A stretch of 64,000 nt of DNA, taken from positions 26,120,871 through 26,184,870 of the forward strand of contig NC_092676.1 of the NCBI RefSeq assembly GCF_964355755.1, written 5' to 3'. A program made the position numbers and the translations under genes. The notes beneath the pieces are model-generated. The model was not told the origin of the DNA and searched no databases. It saw nothing but the letters and a program-made list of their open reading frames with translations. Position 1 is the stretch's first letter. Each line of letters opens with the position of its first letter. The DNA comes from Antedon mediterranea (taxonomy: Eukaryota; Animalia; Echinodermata). Below are positions 34,456-48,400 of the stretch, one piece after another.

Positions 34456-34592
34456 TTAGGGAAATCCCCTCTTTTAAAAGAAAACTTGCCCAATTACAAC
34501 ATTAGGGAAATCCCCTCTTTTAAAAGAAACTTGCCTGATTACATCATTAGGGAAATCCCCTCTTTTAAAAGAAAACTTGCCTGACTACATCA
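34456..34592. repeat. Three copies of a ~46 bp tandem unit
   Basis: tagggaaatcccctcttttaaaagaaaacttgcc x3. Confidence 0.9.
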
Positions 34593-35493
34593 CATGGAAG
34601 ACGATTCATAGTTATTGTGTACAATATTATAATTACTAAATCATAAGCACATTATATAATAATTATATAACATTACATAAAAATTATATAATTTTTATAG
34701 AAGATAAAATATAAATGATGAATTAAAGTAAATTGGTTATATAAGTATACATTATATATAACATAAGATGGTGCAAATATGAATTTTTTTCTAATACTAA
34801 TCGTTGGTTAGTTGGTTGTGTGTATCATAACAAAATTCACCCATATCTACTCGCCCCTATAACAAAATAAATTGTGCGGGATTGCCTAAAAATACATTCA
34901 GTTTTCGAAACAAAACACAAAAATAGCACCGATTGAATACAAAATAAAAAGTTGAAAGAGTTAGCAACATACAGGGGGATTCCTCTTATTAAGACACCTT
35001 TTGAGAGATCCAAGTTTACCAGCTGGGGTCTCCTACAAGACTCACTTTATGGGAACGATAACAGTTGTTTTTAGCCATTTTGATCTATAATTATATGCAA
35101 AATATATGCAAACTATAGGTAAAATGTACGACATGTTTTATTGGGAATCTTAGCATACTTTTTAATTTCATCAAATCAGATAAATGTACCAATAAAACTG
35201 AAATACACAATTGCTTTATTTCTTAAAATTTGCATTTAATTGCTATTTTTAACTTTACATCCTAATATTATACTGTTCTAATTTTACCATATAATACAAT
35301 TTAATACAATTCTAATGGATGGAGAAGATGACATGAAAAGGCAACAAAATAAATTATTCAACATTTAGTATTTGCCTAATAAAGAAATATATATTCTTTA
35401 TCAGAACTCTTGTCACCTTTGTTTTGTGCTTAAATCCAAATAAGTAAATACTGTAATAATAATCAGTAAAGATAAATAAATTAAGCACTATTA

Positions 35494-35705
35494 AGCTTGG
35501 TTCCCACTAGAAATAAATGCAACGTCACAATGTAAGAAAATACTCTTCTATCATTTTTCGCATTCCCCTCTTACAAGAAGTTGAATCATCACTGCTGCGA
35601 TGTACGCAAAGCAGAAAATACATCTACTTGTGATTGTGACATGTTGTGCACAATTTTGTTACAGCATTTTGCGTTCCTACGTCACATTCTAGTGGGAAGC
35701 AAGAT
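35494..35705. mobile_element. Harbinger-like MITE
   Basis: TIR agcttggttcccactagaa / ttctagtgggaagcaagat; TTA on both flanks. Confidence 0.7.
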
Positions 35706-36426
35706 TTAGCAAGCATACTAGACAAAATTCAGATAGTGGCAGAAGATGTGTTATTTAATAGCAGAGATGAATTCTTACCAGGATTTAAACAGCAGAGACA
35801 ACTAAACTTTTAGAAATCTATTCCCAGGTTTGGAAAACTATTTATGCAAAGATATAGTGCCTTTGATCTTAAGTATTTATCCTCAGAGTGCCTCCAATCA
35901 TGTTATTGGTGATCCCTACAGTAAACTATAGAGTTAAATAGCCTCAGACATGAATATAGTACACAAAGAGATTTGCTATGAGATAGTTTTACAAATAAAC
36001 TCATGAACTGGATTTCAGAAGATACAAACACAATACAAACAAACAAAAATATTAGAAAAAATCCTGTTATATTTTAAAATTAAATTACATATGAATGATA
36101 GCAATCGCTTGAGGGTGGAGATGAATTTGGGAGCGGTGTCGAAAATGTATTTATACAAAGAGTAATCGCCATTTTAAACTTTTGCGCTTGTTCTTCTTAT
36201 GTGGACGGTAAAGTTTACAGAAAAAAATTCCTGTTGGCCAGGTCAATGAAAATATGCACATTGGGAAAAAACTGAGGAAAAAATGTAATAAATATCAGCT
36301 TCTCTTAAAATTAGAAATATGTTACCATATTTAACCATCCCTATCAAATATAGAAATATCTTTTCCATTACACATTATTTGGTGGACAATAAATTGTACA
36401 AAATGTACTCAAAGAAACATATTTTT

Positions 36427-39400
36427 TCATGAGTTGATTGAGAATGGTTTACATTTGTGGAATTGTACTTCCAGTCCGATGCGGTCTTGTGTTAATTCTT
36501 TGAGTTCTTGTTGAAGTTCGTTGTTTAATCGTGATAGTTTTGTATTCTCTTCTTTTATTTTCCTAATTTTATCTTGAATCCCTTTTCGGCTAAAGCTTTT
36601 TAAGCTGGAAAGTATAGGAAGAAATTAGTAAACAAAATAAACAAAAACATTGAAAATATACTGCATAGATATACAAAATAGACAAAACGAACTATAAAAA
36701 TGTGTTAATAAAATGTAGGATACTCAGTAGCAGATGATGATATTTTAAACAGGAGAGTTTAATAAATAGTTTGAATCTTAGATCTTCCCCTAATACTAAA
36801 TCATCACACTCACATAAATGCTCACACTAGTGTGGACACAATTTACATTACATAAAGAATAATATTAAACCTTACTTTTTAACATGAATAGGTAATGGAG
36901 CCGATTGATGCCTTGTTCTATCTTTTGCATAATCTTCCGCTTTCCGTGACAATAAATCTCCTGATGCGTGTCTTTCTTTGTGTTGTGTTGATGTTTGGGC
37001 CTATATACAAAATAAATTAATAAAAGAATATGATATTACTAAAGGTCTGTCTACACTATCAAACTTTATGCGACAAAAAAATGTGATGTGCCCATATATG
37101 GTCATATCACTACCATATTTGGGCACATTGCACTTTTTTGATAGTTTGATAATGTAGCTTTATAATAATACTCGTTTTACCATTCCATACCACAAATGGC
37201 ATAATTAGTTGATACAAGTATATGTTTCAAGCCCAAACAAAGTGCTCTTTTCACACTAGAGCGTAGCAGAAGTTATGGTAAATTTAGGTCTGTCTACACT
37301 TTCAAACTAGTTTGACAAAAAAAGTGTTATGTTGCCCAAATATGGTAGTGATATGCCCAATGGTAGTGATATGACATCATCATGTCCATATATGGGCACA
37401 TCACATTTTGTTGTCACAAAGTTTAAGTGTAGACAGAGCTTTAGCCTTGCTCAAGACATTTTTTGCCCCTTTTTGCGGAAAAACCAACTCAACTTAAAAA
37501 TCCCGGCTATAGGCTTTTATTTATCTCATATTTTACCTTATTTTCTTGCAGAGTGTTGATTTCTGATATTGCGGGCCTTGGTGGAGGTACCGGTGGAAAT
37601 ATAATCTCTTCCGATTTTTGTTGACGACCCTTCAAAATAAAATTTACAATAAGTTCAACCACTGTCAATGGTACTTGCAAACAAAAAGCTTCCTATTAAT
37701 TCTTATCTAATAATTTAATTGATAATTCTTAAGCTCTGTCTGAATGTGATGTGCCCATATATGTGATAATGTCATATCACTACCATATTTGGGCACATCA
37801 CACTTTTTTTGTCAAACTAGTTTGATAGTGTGGATAGAGTTTAATTCTTCTAATAATTTAATTGATAATTATAATTCTTCTAATAATTTAATTGATAATT
37901 GTTATATCTTACCATCAGCCTATAATCAAGTGACATCGATTTGTTGTATTTATTATATTTTGGCGATTCTGATTTGTTTTCAAATCTACTGAAATCAGCA
38001 AAATTCTGAAGTAACTTTGGTTCCTCCTCCTTCTCATCCTCGTGCTCATCCTCTCCGTCAGCATCATCATCCTCGTCGTCTGATGAGTTACTGGAGTTGA
38101 ATTCACTCGATGAATACAGACTAGAACTATTGCGACTGGAGACAGAATTTTTAGCATTCTGAAGAAACACAAGAAATTATAAATATTTAAGGGAAGTTTA
38201 TTTGGTCTGTTAATCCGCATTTGTCAAACAATTTTATTTATTTGTATTGAGCGAAAAATAAATTCTTCTTACAAGATCCTTTATTAATAGTATTTTTGTA
38301 ATGTTTTATTATTATTATTATTTATTTTATATTATTATAATTTTACAATTTTTTTTATTACAATTGTACTGTTGATAGAAACATAGAGAAAATATATATT
38401 TCTTCCATGATAGAAATTAATAAATATTGAAATGAACTCAGATAGAATCAATTTAACTTTGATAGAGAAAACAGCATATGCTAGTCCTTTGTAATATAGG
38501 TTTTAATTATAATATAAAAATAAACTTACCTCTCTTGGCCTAGGAGGGATTTGAGGAGGGGACATTGGCATGTCTGATGCACTATCCCTACCTGAAGATA
38601 TAAAACAATGCATTAATTTGACCTCTATATAAATATTGTTTCAGTGTATTAAACGCAGTAATTTATAGAGAATAATAATAATGTATAATAATAATACATG
38701 TTCCCTCAATCAGATTTTGGGTCAAGATCTGAGTTCTCTTTTGACAACTCTCTGTTTACCTCTGCTCACAAAGCAAAACACAAACAAATAATGTTCACAT
38801 CAAACCTGTATTGAAATAAAAGTGTTATTACAAAAACATGGAAATCACCAGTATAGCATGATACAAGAAGCAATGAGACAAGAAGACAAAATGTAAACAT
38901 CTTATACTGTAAACTTGTACATTTTAAAAACAACCTTCAATTCATATAATAAAACAAAAACCCTTTTGTTTACAAATGTTATTGTTACACAACAAATATT
39001 ACAATCGCTTTTCATATATCACATTAATATGTATACTCGTAATATTTAAATCCTTACAATATTTTGATAATGAACAAAGCACTGCACCTTTTTTTTTTTG
39101 TTACAAAAAGGAAAATGCATTTTTGCGATATGTATTTAACATTTTTCTTCTACCGAGCGGGTTGCGCCATATTTCGGAAGGAAAATTGCTGAGAACGGAA
39201 ATATCATTCGCTATCAACATTTTTATTCAAATCGCTCAATATCAGATTCCCAGAAGATTCTTTCAAAGCTCATCTTAATTTCTATTCTTAAAACGCATCC
39301 TTCAAATTTATCCACAATTTATTTTACAAAAGAAGCATTGAGCCCGACATTGAGGGTAGGCGTTAGCTATATATTGGCTAGTTTTCATTGGAAAAGAATA

Positions 39401-42400
39401 CATTCATTTACATACTATTAACTTTTAACATAAGGACCGCATTTTACAAAACAACACATATATAGATGTATAGTATTAGAATACAAAATAACTCAAAGAG
39501 TGGAATCTTACCATGTCTTGGTCTAGCACTATGCCCTACAGTGGCAGACCTTACTAAGCCTGGGTTACGAAACCGGCCATCTGACTTCACTCGTGGGTGG
39601 AGTGGAACCGGTGGAGCTTTAGCAGGAATAGGAGGCATTGGGGGTGGTTTTACATTGGCTTGAATACTAGGATGAGCTGGAATTTTTGGTGGTTTCAATT
39701 CTGAAGTGGGAGATTGAACACTATTGTTTTGTTTTCCATTCGGCTTAGGCTCGTACTTATAATCAGGCCTAGAGCCATTCTTGTAATCAGGCCTAGAATC
39801 ATTCTTGTAATCAGGCCTAGAGTCCTTATTATTATCACTTTCTTGCGTATGTCCTGTGTCTGGGTCTTGAGTATGTCCTGTGCCTGGGTCTTGAGTATGT
39901 CCTGTGCCTGGGTCTTGCATAGATGGTACGCTAGGCTTTTGCTTAACTTCAATGAAAGATGTAACATTAATAGCCTCATTATCTCCTTCAACGTTCGGCG
40001 GTTCAAAATCTAGAACGCCCTCCCAAGATTGTCTATTTTCACTGTGCTTTTGACGAAATCTAGCTCTCTTCAGGAATGCAACTGAGGCTGGTTGTTGACC
40101 GTGTTTTGTTCGTATTCCTGAACTCGAATGTGACCTGTGAAATTGGTTTCAAAGTTTTATTAAGGCAACATAGGCTAAAGCTCTGTCTACACTATCAAAC
40201 TCTATGTGTCAAAAAAAATGCGTTGTGCCCAAATATGGTTAAAAGTGTAGACAGAGCTTAATAAACTATTTTGTAACTAATAATAATCAAATGTATATTG
40301 ACCTATCCTAGTATTACTAATAATTTATAAATTTTACTACAAAATACAAAAAAAAAATTACGGTTTATGTATTATTTACAATATATGATATATACTGTAT
40401 ACGTGTAGTTATCATATCATATCATATTAAAGAATGGTACGACATGCATTGTAATATTCTATAATAAAGTACAATGATATTGATTACCGATACTAACTAA
40501 AGATACATCTACATACATACATTCTAATAGTGGTTACCAACCTATACTTAGAAATGGTCTAGATTTATATTTTTGTACAGTGCTTTTGTCTCTAGAGCTA
40601 TATAAAAACTATAATAATAATTTAAATGAAATAACAATTTGTAACTATCCCAATAGCAAAGGAATTCCTTCCTGTGATAAGCCTGTGTTTAATTATTGTT
40701 AATTCTATCTGCGAGAAATGTTCTAAAATTAGTAATGAAAAGTTATTTTCTTTTCCTATAATTGAGGCATTATCCCTAGTTTGTTCACCTATGTTATACC
40801 GATTAAAAACAGTTAGCTATAAGTTAATATCTTATAAACCAATTTACTTAATGTCTTGTTCCTTGCTAACAAATAAGCATGAGGTATCAATCCTAAAATA
40901 AACCAAAATATTAAGTGATAACCTTTACTATTCCAACAAAAAAATATTCTAACTTCTGTAAACCCAACAAAAAATATGTAAAAAAATTACTACTAGATAT
41001 TATAATAGATAAAATGAGATATTATTATTAGACAATGTAGCTAACGACATATACGGTAAATGCAAGATCAGTTGTACAACCGAAAAGAGACATTACTCCA
41101 AAACTGATGACGATTGGCTTTACAAAGGCAGTCATTTGCCATGCGACTGATGCACCTTTTAGTTATAAGAAGTCAGAGGAAAGGGGATGGGGCATATCCA
41201 GGAGTAAGAGCCAATAGCTGTATTTACCAACCACTAGACTTGCCCCAATGTATATTGTCTTTTTAATTTTTTTAATTTTTGTCTGAAAATGCTCAAGTAG
41301 TATACGTATAAAATGCCATATGTGCCAAAATATTTATCTTTTTGCTATTAATACTGAGTCAAATCTCCGTCTGGGACGCAGACTAACCAACCACATATAA
41401 GATAATCACCTTATATTCAGTATTTCAATTATGTAAATTAAATATATAAGTGGTATTCATTTAGATAGGAGAATGCTAAAATACTATAGTGTTTCCCTTT
41501 ATCCAAGTGTGAATGGTGACAGACAGACAGCCGCAGTGTTAAAATAGTAAGTCGTGATAAAACATGTTTTTGACGAATTGTTTGATACTATAAAGGTTTG
41601 TAAATAAGTCATGTTTGACTCATTTTTTAAAATACTATTTTGAAACAGTTAAATTGGATATTTATTGAATATGTTCATCAGTTTTGGAGTGTATATTATC
41701 TAGACTGAGCACATCTAAATATCATTACAAAACAAGATAAAAAATGACAAATGACATTTAACATACCTTTGTAGGCCACGTCTAAGATGGGAAAAACAAT
41801 TGTTTAAATAATTTAATGCAAGCAATAAGTGTTTGGTATAAAATAATAATAAAATATAATAAAATTAAGACAAGAAATATATATAAAATAAAACATAACA
41901 ACAAAAATGAATATAAACAAAAGAGCTACATACAATACAGTACATATGAAATATAGATTTTGTCAATATTATTGTTGATATTTTAAGTAAACATAACATA
42001 GTGCTGTAATGTATTAGACCATAATTGTGTATTGTGATTGTATTGGGATCATGTCAAAATTAATCTACTGCAGTAACTATACTTTTTCTGCAGTAACGCA
42101 TGATTTAGTTTATGAGACAGTCACTGTAATAAACAGTGTATATGATTACCAAAAAATCTTGCTAAATAATTTCATAAACATTTTACAAGATTAAATCAAA
42201 ATGTAGTTACTGCAGCAACTGCAGCAGAGTGATTTTGACATGGTCCTTAAACGGAAAAAATAATGTTGAATTATAAATATGATTTTTATAATGTAAAGCA
42301 ATAATAAAACAAAACTACTGTATATAAATATAATATTTTAGTGTCATATATAGATTTAAAAAATGGGGTTATGTTAATTTTAGATACAATTGGGTGTACT

Positions 42401-45400
42401 GTATAATATATTTGTCTTGTCAAATATATTTTTATTTTAATATCAAAAATAAATATACAATACATAATACATTCTAAATATAAAATAATATATAATATTA
42501 AATAAAAAATACAACTGAACACAAAACACATGCAAACAATGTAAGGGTAAAAACAAGGTATTACCTAGGCCTGTGACGAGGTATGAGGCCTATTACATTA
42601 TCACCTGCGAAAAGGTCAAGAGTAGGTGCCGAGGCTGCAAGGTCAAAGGTTAATAAGGGTCAAAATACAGTGGAAACATCATGCAAATGTGCATTGAAAC
42701 ATTATATTAAATAAATAAGGTTTAATACATTTCTTATTCTATCATAATTTTAAAAAGTTAACAATTGATCATACTAACTTTTCAAAAACAAATAATGCAA
42801 AATACTCTTTTCGAAAAATATGTTTTATATACAAAAATTTTGGAGAAAATTATTGACAATCTATACTGTTTACAATCCTTTACAAATTACCCATAATCAT
42901 TATAAGCATTCAAGAACTTAACTCTAAAAAGCAGATTTTAAAAATCAAAAATACTAGGCATATACTTATATTTCATCATAAAAGAAAAAAAGAGAATAAT
43001 GTGTGACTGTAGATCTAGACAACTACATTCTTAGTAGAAAGAATCACAACATACAAGTAACATTATTAAACCAATAACATGACCTTATCAACAATGCTTT
43101 GACCTGCATGACAAATAGTAAAACCCTTTATTTACGTACAATACATTTGTAAACTGATTGATTATAGACAGTGACAAGGTGACATGGAGAGAAAATGACA
43201 GAGTGGAAAGTATTAATTTTTATTTTATTCCATAAACTTTCCACAAAACAAATACAATTTTCACATCATAATGTAAGATAAAAAGTAAAAAATACTGGAA
43301 AGGTAAATCTATTTGTATAAACAATTTTCTTGATAAAAAGAATCCGATTATTAAATGTAATGTTTTCTCGATTTGAATATTTAGCATGGCAAACTAGCAT
43401 TTATCAGCATTGTGAGTATTGTCTATAAATACAATAAATAATACTGTATATGACCGAGTATAACTACATGTTTCTGTATAATCCCCTTAACTTTCTCCAA
43501 ATTTCGTATCCATGCCCCATGGGACTTTACTTGGACCTATACAGTAATTGTTTATAAAATGATCATTTGAAAATGTAGCGCGGCACTTTTTATTTCTGTA
43601 CTGCAAAGCATGACAATATTTTTAACTGATAGTAGGTTCCTATAGGTCACTAAAAAAACAAAGAAAAATTCATGGTTAAAAATATAATAAAAAACGATCT
43701 AAATTACCTTTTCTATCAACTGGCGGTGGCGGTGCGATCCTTGTTGGTGTGTGAGCCGCAGAGTCTGGCAAGGTAGCTGACCGTTTTTTGGCAGGTATTA
43801 AATGTTCCTCATCATCAGGTGTGCTGACTGACCCAGGGTCTATAGAACAAAGAAATGTAACAAAGATAATCTTAAAGATAAATTTCCTCTAAAAAAAATT
43901 TGTTTTAATATGCCAATTTTAATGTCACATAATAGTTATTCACTTTGACCAAAAACTGGAGCAAAAAAAAAATTATTTACCTTAAAAAATATAACCTAAA
44001 AGCAAAAAATACTTAAATTGTCTGGTTTTGGTTAAAATTAAATTTTTCTCTTTTTATAAATGAAATATGTTTTTGTTTGTTTTGTTTTTACAGTGTAAAT
44101 AACTTTATTAAAACTGCAAAATGGCCTATTTAAAGTCTCATTTTATCAATCTTCATTTTTCATGTTTTTGGAGGACAATGCATCTTTGATTAAAAATGTT
44201 ATTTAACAAGAAAATAAAATCTATAGGCCCTGTTGAACCCACAAATGTGAAAACGCCCACAAATGTGAAAACAACCACAAATGTGAAAACGCATCACCCA
44301 CAAATGTGAAAACAACCACAAATGTGAAAACGCATCACCCACAAATGTGAAAACAACCACAAATGTGAAAACGCATCAACCACAAATGTGAAAACAGCGC
44401 CCACAAATGTGAAAACGATCATCGCCCACAAATGTGATAACGCCCACAAATGTAAAAACAAGAGAGACTTTTTCGCCCACAAATGTAAAAAAATCAGATC
44501 AAATTTAATGCTAGATTCAGACAAACATTATATCATGAATGTATTGAGTTGTTTGTTCACGATACGTCTGTTAGGGTCGTCGTTAACACGTTGGATTATT
44601 ATCATTTGCTGCTCGTGCGCGCGATATTTGCACGTTAACTCGTTTGTTTAATGAACGTAATAGTTCAAGACAATATTTGTTATTTGCTGCGCGCGTGCAC
44701 GATACTTCAAGGTCAAGGCCATGTTATATCATTGTTGGTTATTAACTCGTTGGCTTACTGTTATGTACGTATAGTTCCAAGTCGATGCTCGATTCGATGT
44801 TTTTGGGCGCGTACACGATACTACAAGGTCATATATCATTGCTGCTTGAAGTGCAGTTGGGCTTACTATATTAGTATTATGTACGTATTATAGCTCCAAG
44901 TCGATGCTCGGTGTACACGATACTACAAGATCAATGCTATACTCGTCGTTCAGTTGTTGCAGTAGTTCCTAATGTTCAATTTTTTTACAAAACTATAACC
45001 ACAAGATAATAATACAAGAGCTAGAGCAAGAACAACTAATACAAGAATATTTCTTTATTTTAGAGCGATAAACAAATTGTAACATAGAATAATACCGTAA
45101 CACCAATATCCAACCAAACATAATACACGATACGATAACTACTATTTACATTCGTGGTTTAATCTGATGCTTATTGTTTAATTTGTATATCTATTTTTAG
45201 AGGATAATTATAAAGATATACGGAGAATAATATTACCTATTGAATGCATTACAATTTAACTGATTTACTATTAAACGTATATTCGACAATTTTTATGTAT
45301 AATATAATTATAAGTAAATAAGTCAACGTACAAGGTATAACGGTATTGTTAATGAGGAACAAACTGGCTTCATGAATTACCTAACAAAATATTTGAGTTG

Positions 45401-48400
45401 CAATGCGATTAAATAATGTTATCTACTAATAGTAGGCTTACACTTGATTGGAGATGCCTATAACACTGTATGAGCATTAGAAGTCATAACAGTAAGCCAA
45501 CGAGTTAATAACCACACACTACATACAAGTAGCAATTTAACCTTGACCTTGTTGTATCGTGTGCGCGCAAAAAAAAAAATATCGAACATCGACTTATAAC
45601 TATACGTACATAATAGTAAGCCAACAACCACACAGTAGAAGCAACAATGATATAACATGGCCTTGACCTTGAAGTATCGTGCACGCGCGCAGCAAATAAC
45701 AAATATCGTCTTGAACTATTACGTTCATTAAACAAACGAGTTTACGTGCAAATATCGCGTGCATGAGCAGCAAATTATAATAATCCAACGCGTTAACCAC
45801 GACCCTAACAGACGTATCGTGAACAAACAATTATTGAAACAACTCAATACAATCATGATATAATGTAGTACCTCGATCAAAATTGTTTGAGTCTAGAATT
45901 AAATTTCATCTGATTTTTTTTTTTTACATTTGTGGCCGAAAAATTCTCTTTTTTTTTTACATTTGTGGGCGTTATCACATTTGTGGGCGATGATCGTTTT
46001 CACATTTGTGGGCGCTGTTTATTACATTTGTGGTTGATGCGTTTTCACATTTGTGGTTGTTTTCACATTTGTGGGTGATGCGTTTTCACATTTGTGGTTG
46101 TTTTCACATTTGTGGGTGATGCGTTTTCACATTTGTGGCTGTTTTCACATTTGTGGGCGTTTTTACATTTGTGGGTTCAACAGGCCCCATTATGTGGAAA
46201 TCATGAACTGGTAGGTTGTTGAATTAATGAAAAAGGGACAAAATTAGTCCTCCAATTTTTTGTTTGCGGTCATAGTTACATAATCATATTCAGCCACTGC
46301 TATGCATTGTGGCTAGTTTATCTGGGCACTAACACTAATACTAAGTATATGCTAATATCTGACCTGAGAACTTGCGAGGTCTGGATGGATCGGAAGATAC
46401 AATGCATGTCTGTCCATCTGGGGCTAACTTTAAAGGTATTGGCTGAACAATTTTGCTTTCCTATAAAAAAAAAACAAAATGATAGTTATTGTTAGTCTTA
46501 GAAATGAAGGATACACTTAACAAAATCAACAGACAAATTAACACAAAAAAAAACTATATAGCATAGTGAGAACAAAGAAAACAGAGTGTGGTGAGCGGTG
46601 AAGGGGAAAACCCTTGCCTACCAGGGCCCCATGATTCAAATTACAGTTCCCAATACCAGGAATTTTCAGATTTATAAACAGTACCTTTATGAAGCATTAA
46701 ATAATCTTGGAAATGTAGAAAGAGAAATGTAGACAAGCGAAATCTATAAACATACGCAATATATTATTTTTTCGATCATTTTTTTGACAATAAAAAGATG
46801 TAGACATTTCTAAGGCCGTTTAATGTTAGTCAATAGAAAAATATTTACCATAACTAAACAGAAAAGAAACCAAAGTTTTAAAAATGTAAGACTAAAGATT
46901 TTTAGTTAATTAATAGCGAAATCAACCTTTAAAAATAAAAATATTTGGAACTAAAACCAAGCAGAACAATATTAGTAATATTATAAAAAATATGAGCATT
47001 TTATTAATTTATACTAATTTATGTTGATTTATGCTTACTGGATCAGGTGATATAGAAGCAAAATCAAAGTTGGCCGGACCTTCGGAGGATGGTGACGGAC
47101 CGGAGAATGGTGAATCTGAAAACTTTGCCCAATTCTGTGCGACGTAAAACAAATGAATGCAAAAAATAGCCAAAAATGAACATAAAATATTATGGGTTAA
47201 AACTATTTAAATTCATCTACATAAATCAATGTTAGCATTAAAAAACATCCTTTTTTTAAATTTAAATCATTTATTTGATACATTGTTGCCGAGCTAAACT
47301 AGTGTGCAAAGTAACTTATAGGTACCATAAATGATAGAATATCACTCTATAGCAAAACAGAGTTTAAACATAGTGGGACACACACCATACAAAACTCTGA
47401 TGAAGCCCCACCCCGGTGTGTACTCCCTAAATTTTGTAAAGCAAAGGTGGGCTATACATTGTTAAATCCCATTATTTCTTGGTTAGTCTAACACTTTGTA
47501 TAAGCCAACACAACGTTATTTTAAGCACGACCACAATAAACAACTGCTTACTCTATCATTGCCGGTACCTTAACTGCCCCTAATTTAAATGTAAATTTTT
47601 TTTTTTTAAAGCAGTGTTTTTAAAGCAAAATTAGGCCAGCTTAGTATACTTAAATGTGCCCAAATGCATTTGACTGGTGGAGTAACATTAAGCATTACAA
47701 GACCCAATACAAGGCACCTTTGGGCTGGCCAAAAATGGATGCATTTTCAATAGTTGACTGTAGTAACAATAATGAAATGTAAACTTGAAACAAAATATTT
47801 AAAATGTATAAAAAACAACCAATTAAAACCTTTCAATTAAAGACCACATAATAACAGAACAAAAAGCATTTTTAATGAGAGCCAAAATTGTCTCAGATGA
47901 GCAAAGCATTTTAATTTCTAATCATGTAAATTTAAAAATTATACGGCCAGTTGAAATCATAATCATATTTTTTATTGCACCTTGATTTGACAAATTGATT
48001 TTTTTAAAACACTGATAGTAATTAAGTCTTTAATTGAATGGCAATATATAAGAACCAATTTTGTTAATTCAAAGAAATAAATCCAAGTTAACGCAAACCT
48101 TTGTAATAAAAAGTTAAAATGTTATATTATACCTCCCCTCCTTTCACTTTAGATTTTGGAGACATCTCCGCTAACCCAGATGGTGTCACACTCCTGTTCA
48201 TAACATCTGGTGGTGGTGGCGCTTTCTTTTTCGTTGGTGCTGCACTAATTATTGTATCACCTTTGAAATAGAACAACAAATGGTTGAAATGTAAAGGATA
48301 ACTGTTAAATATTGCAGTGCTGTATCTCCATACATAAATCCTGTATACAGGATCTCATGTGAATCACATGTGATGCCTGTATGATGGAAGGTTGAAGGGC

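Noticed and set aside
44294-45830. Mirror-image ORFs on opposite strands ([26 protein letters not shown])
   Set aside because: A consequence of the foldback element's inverted arms; no transposase motif.
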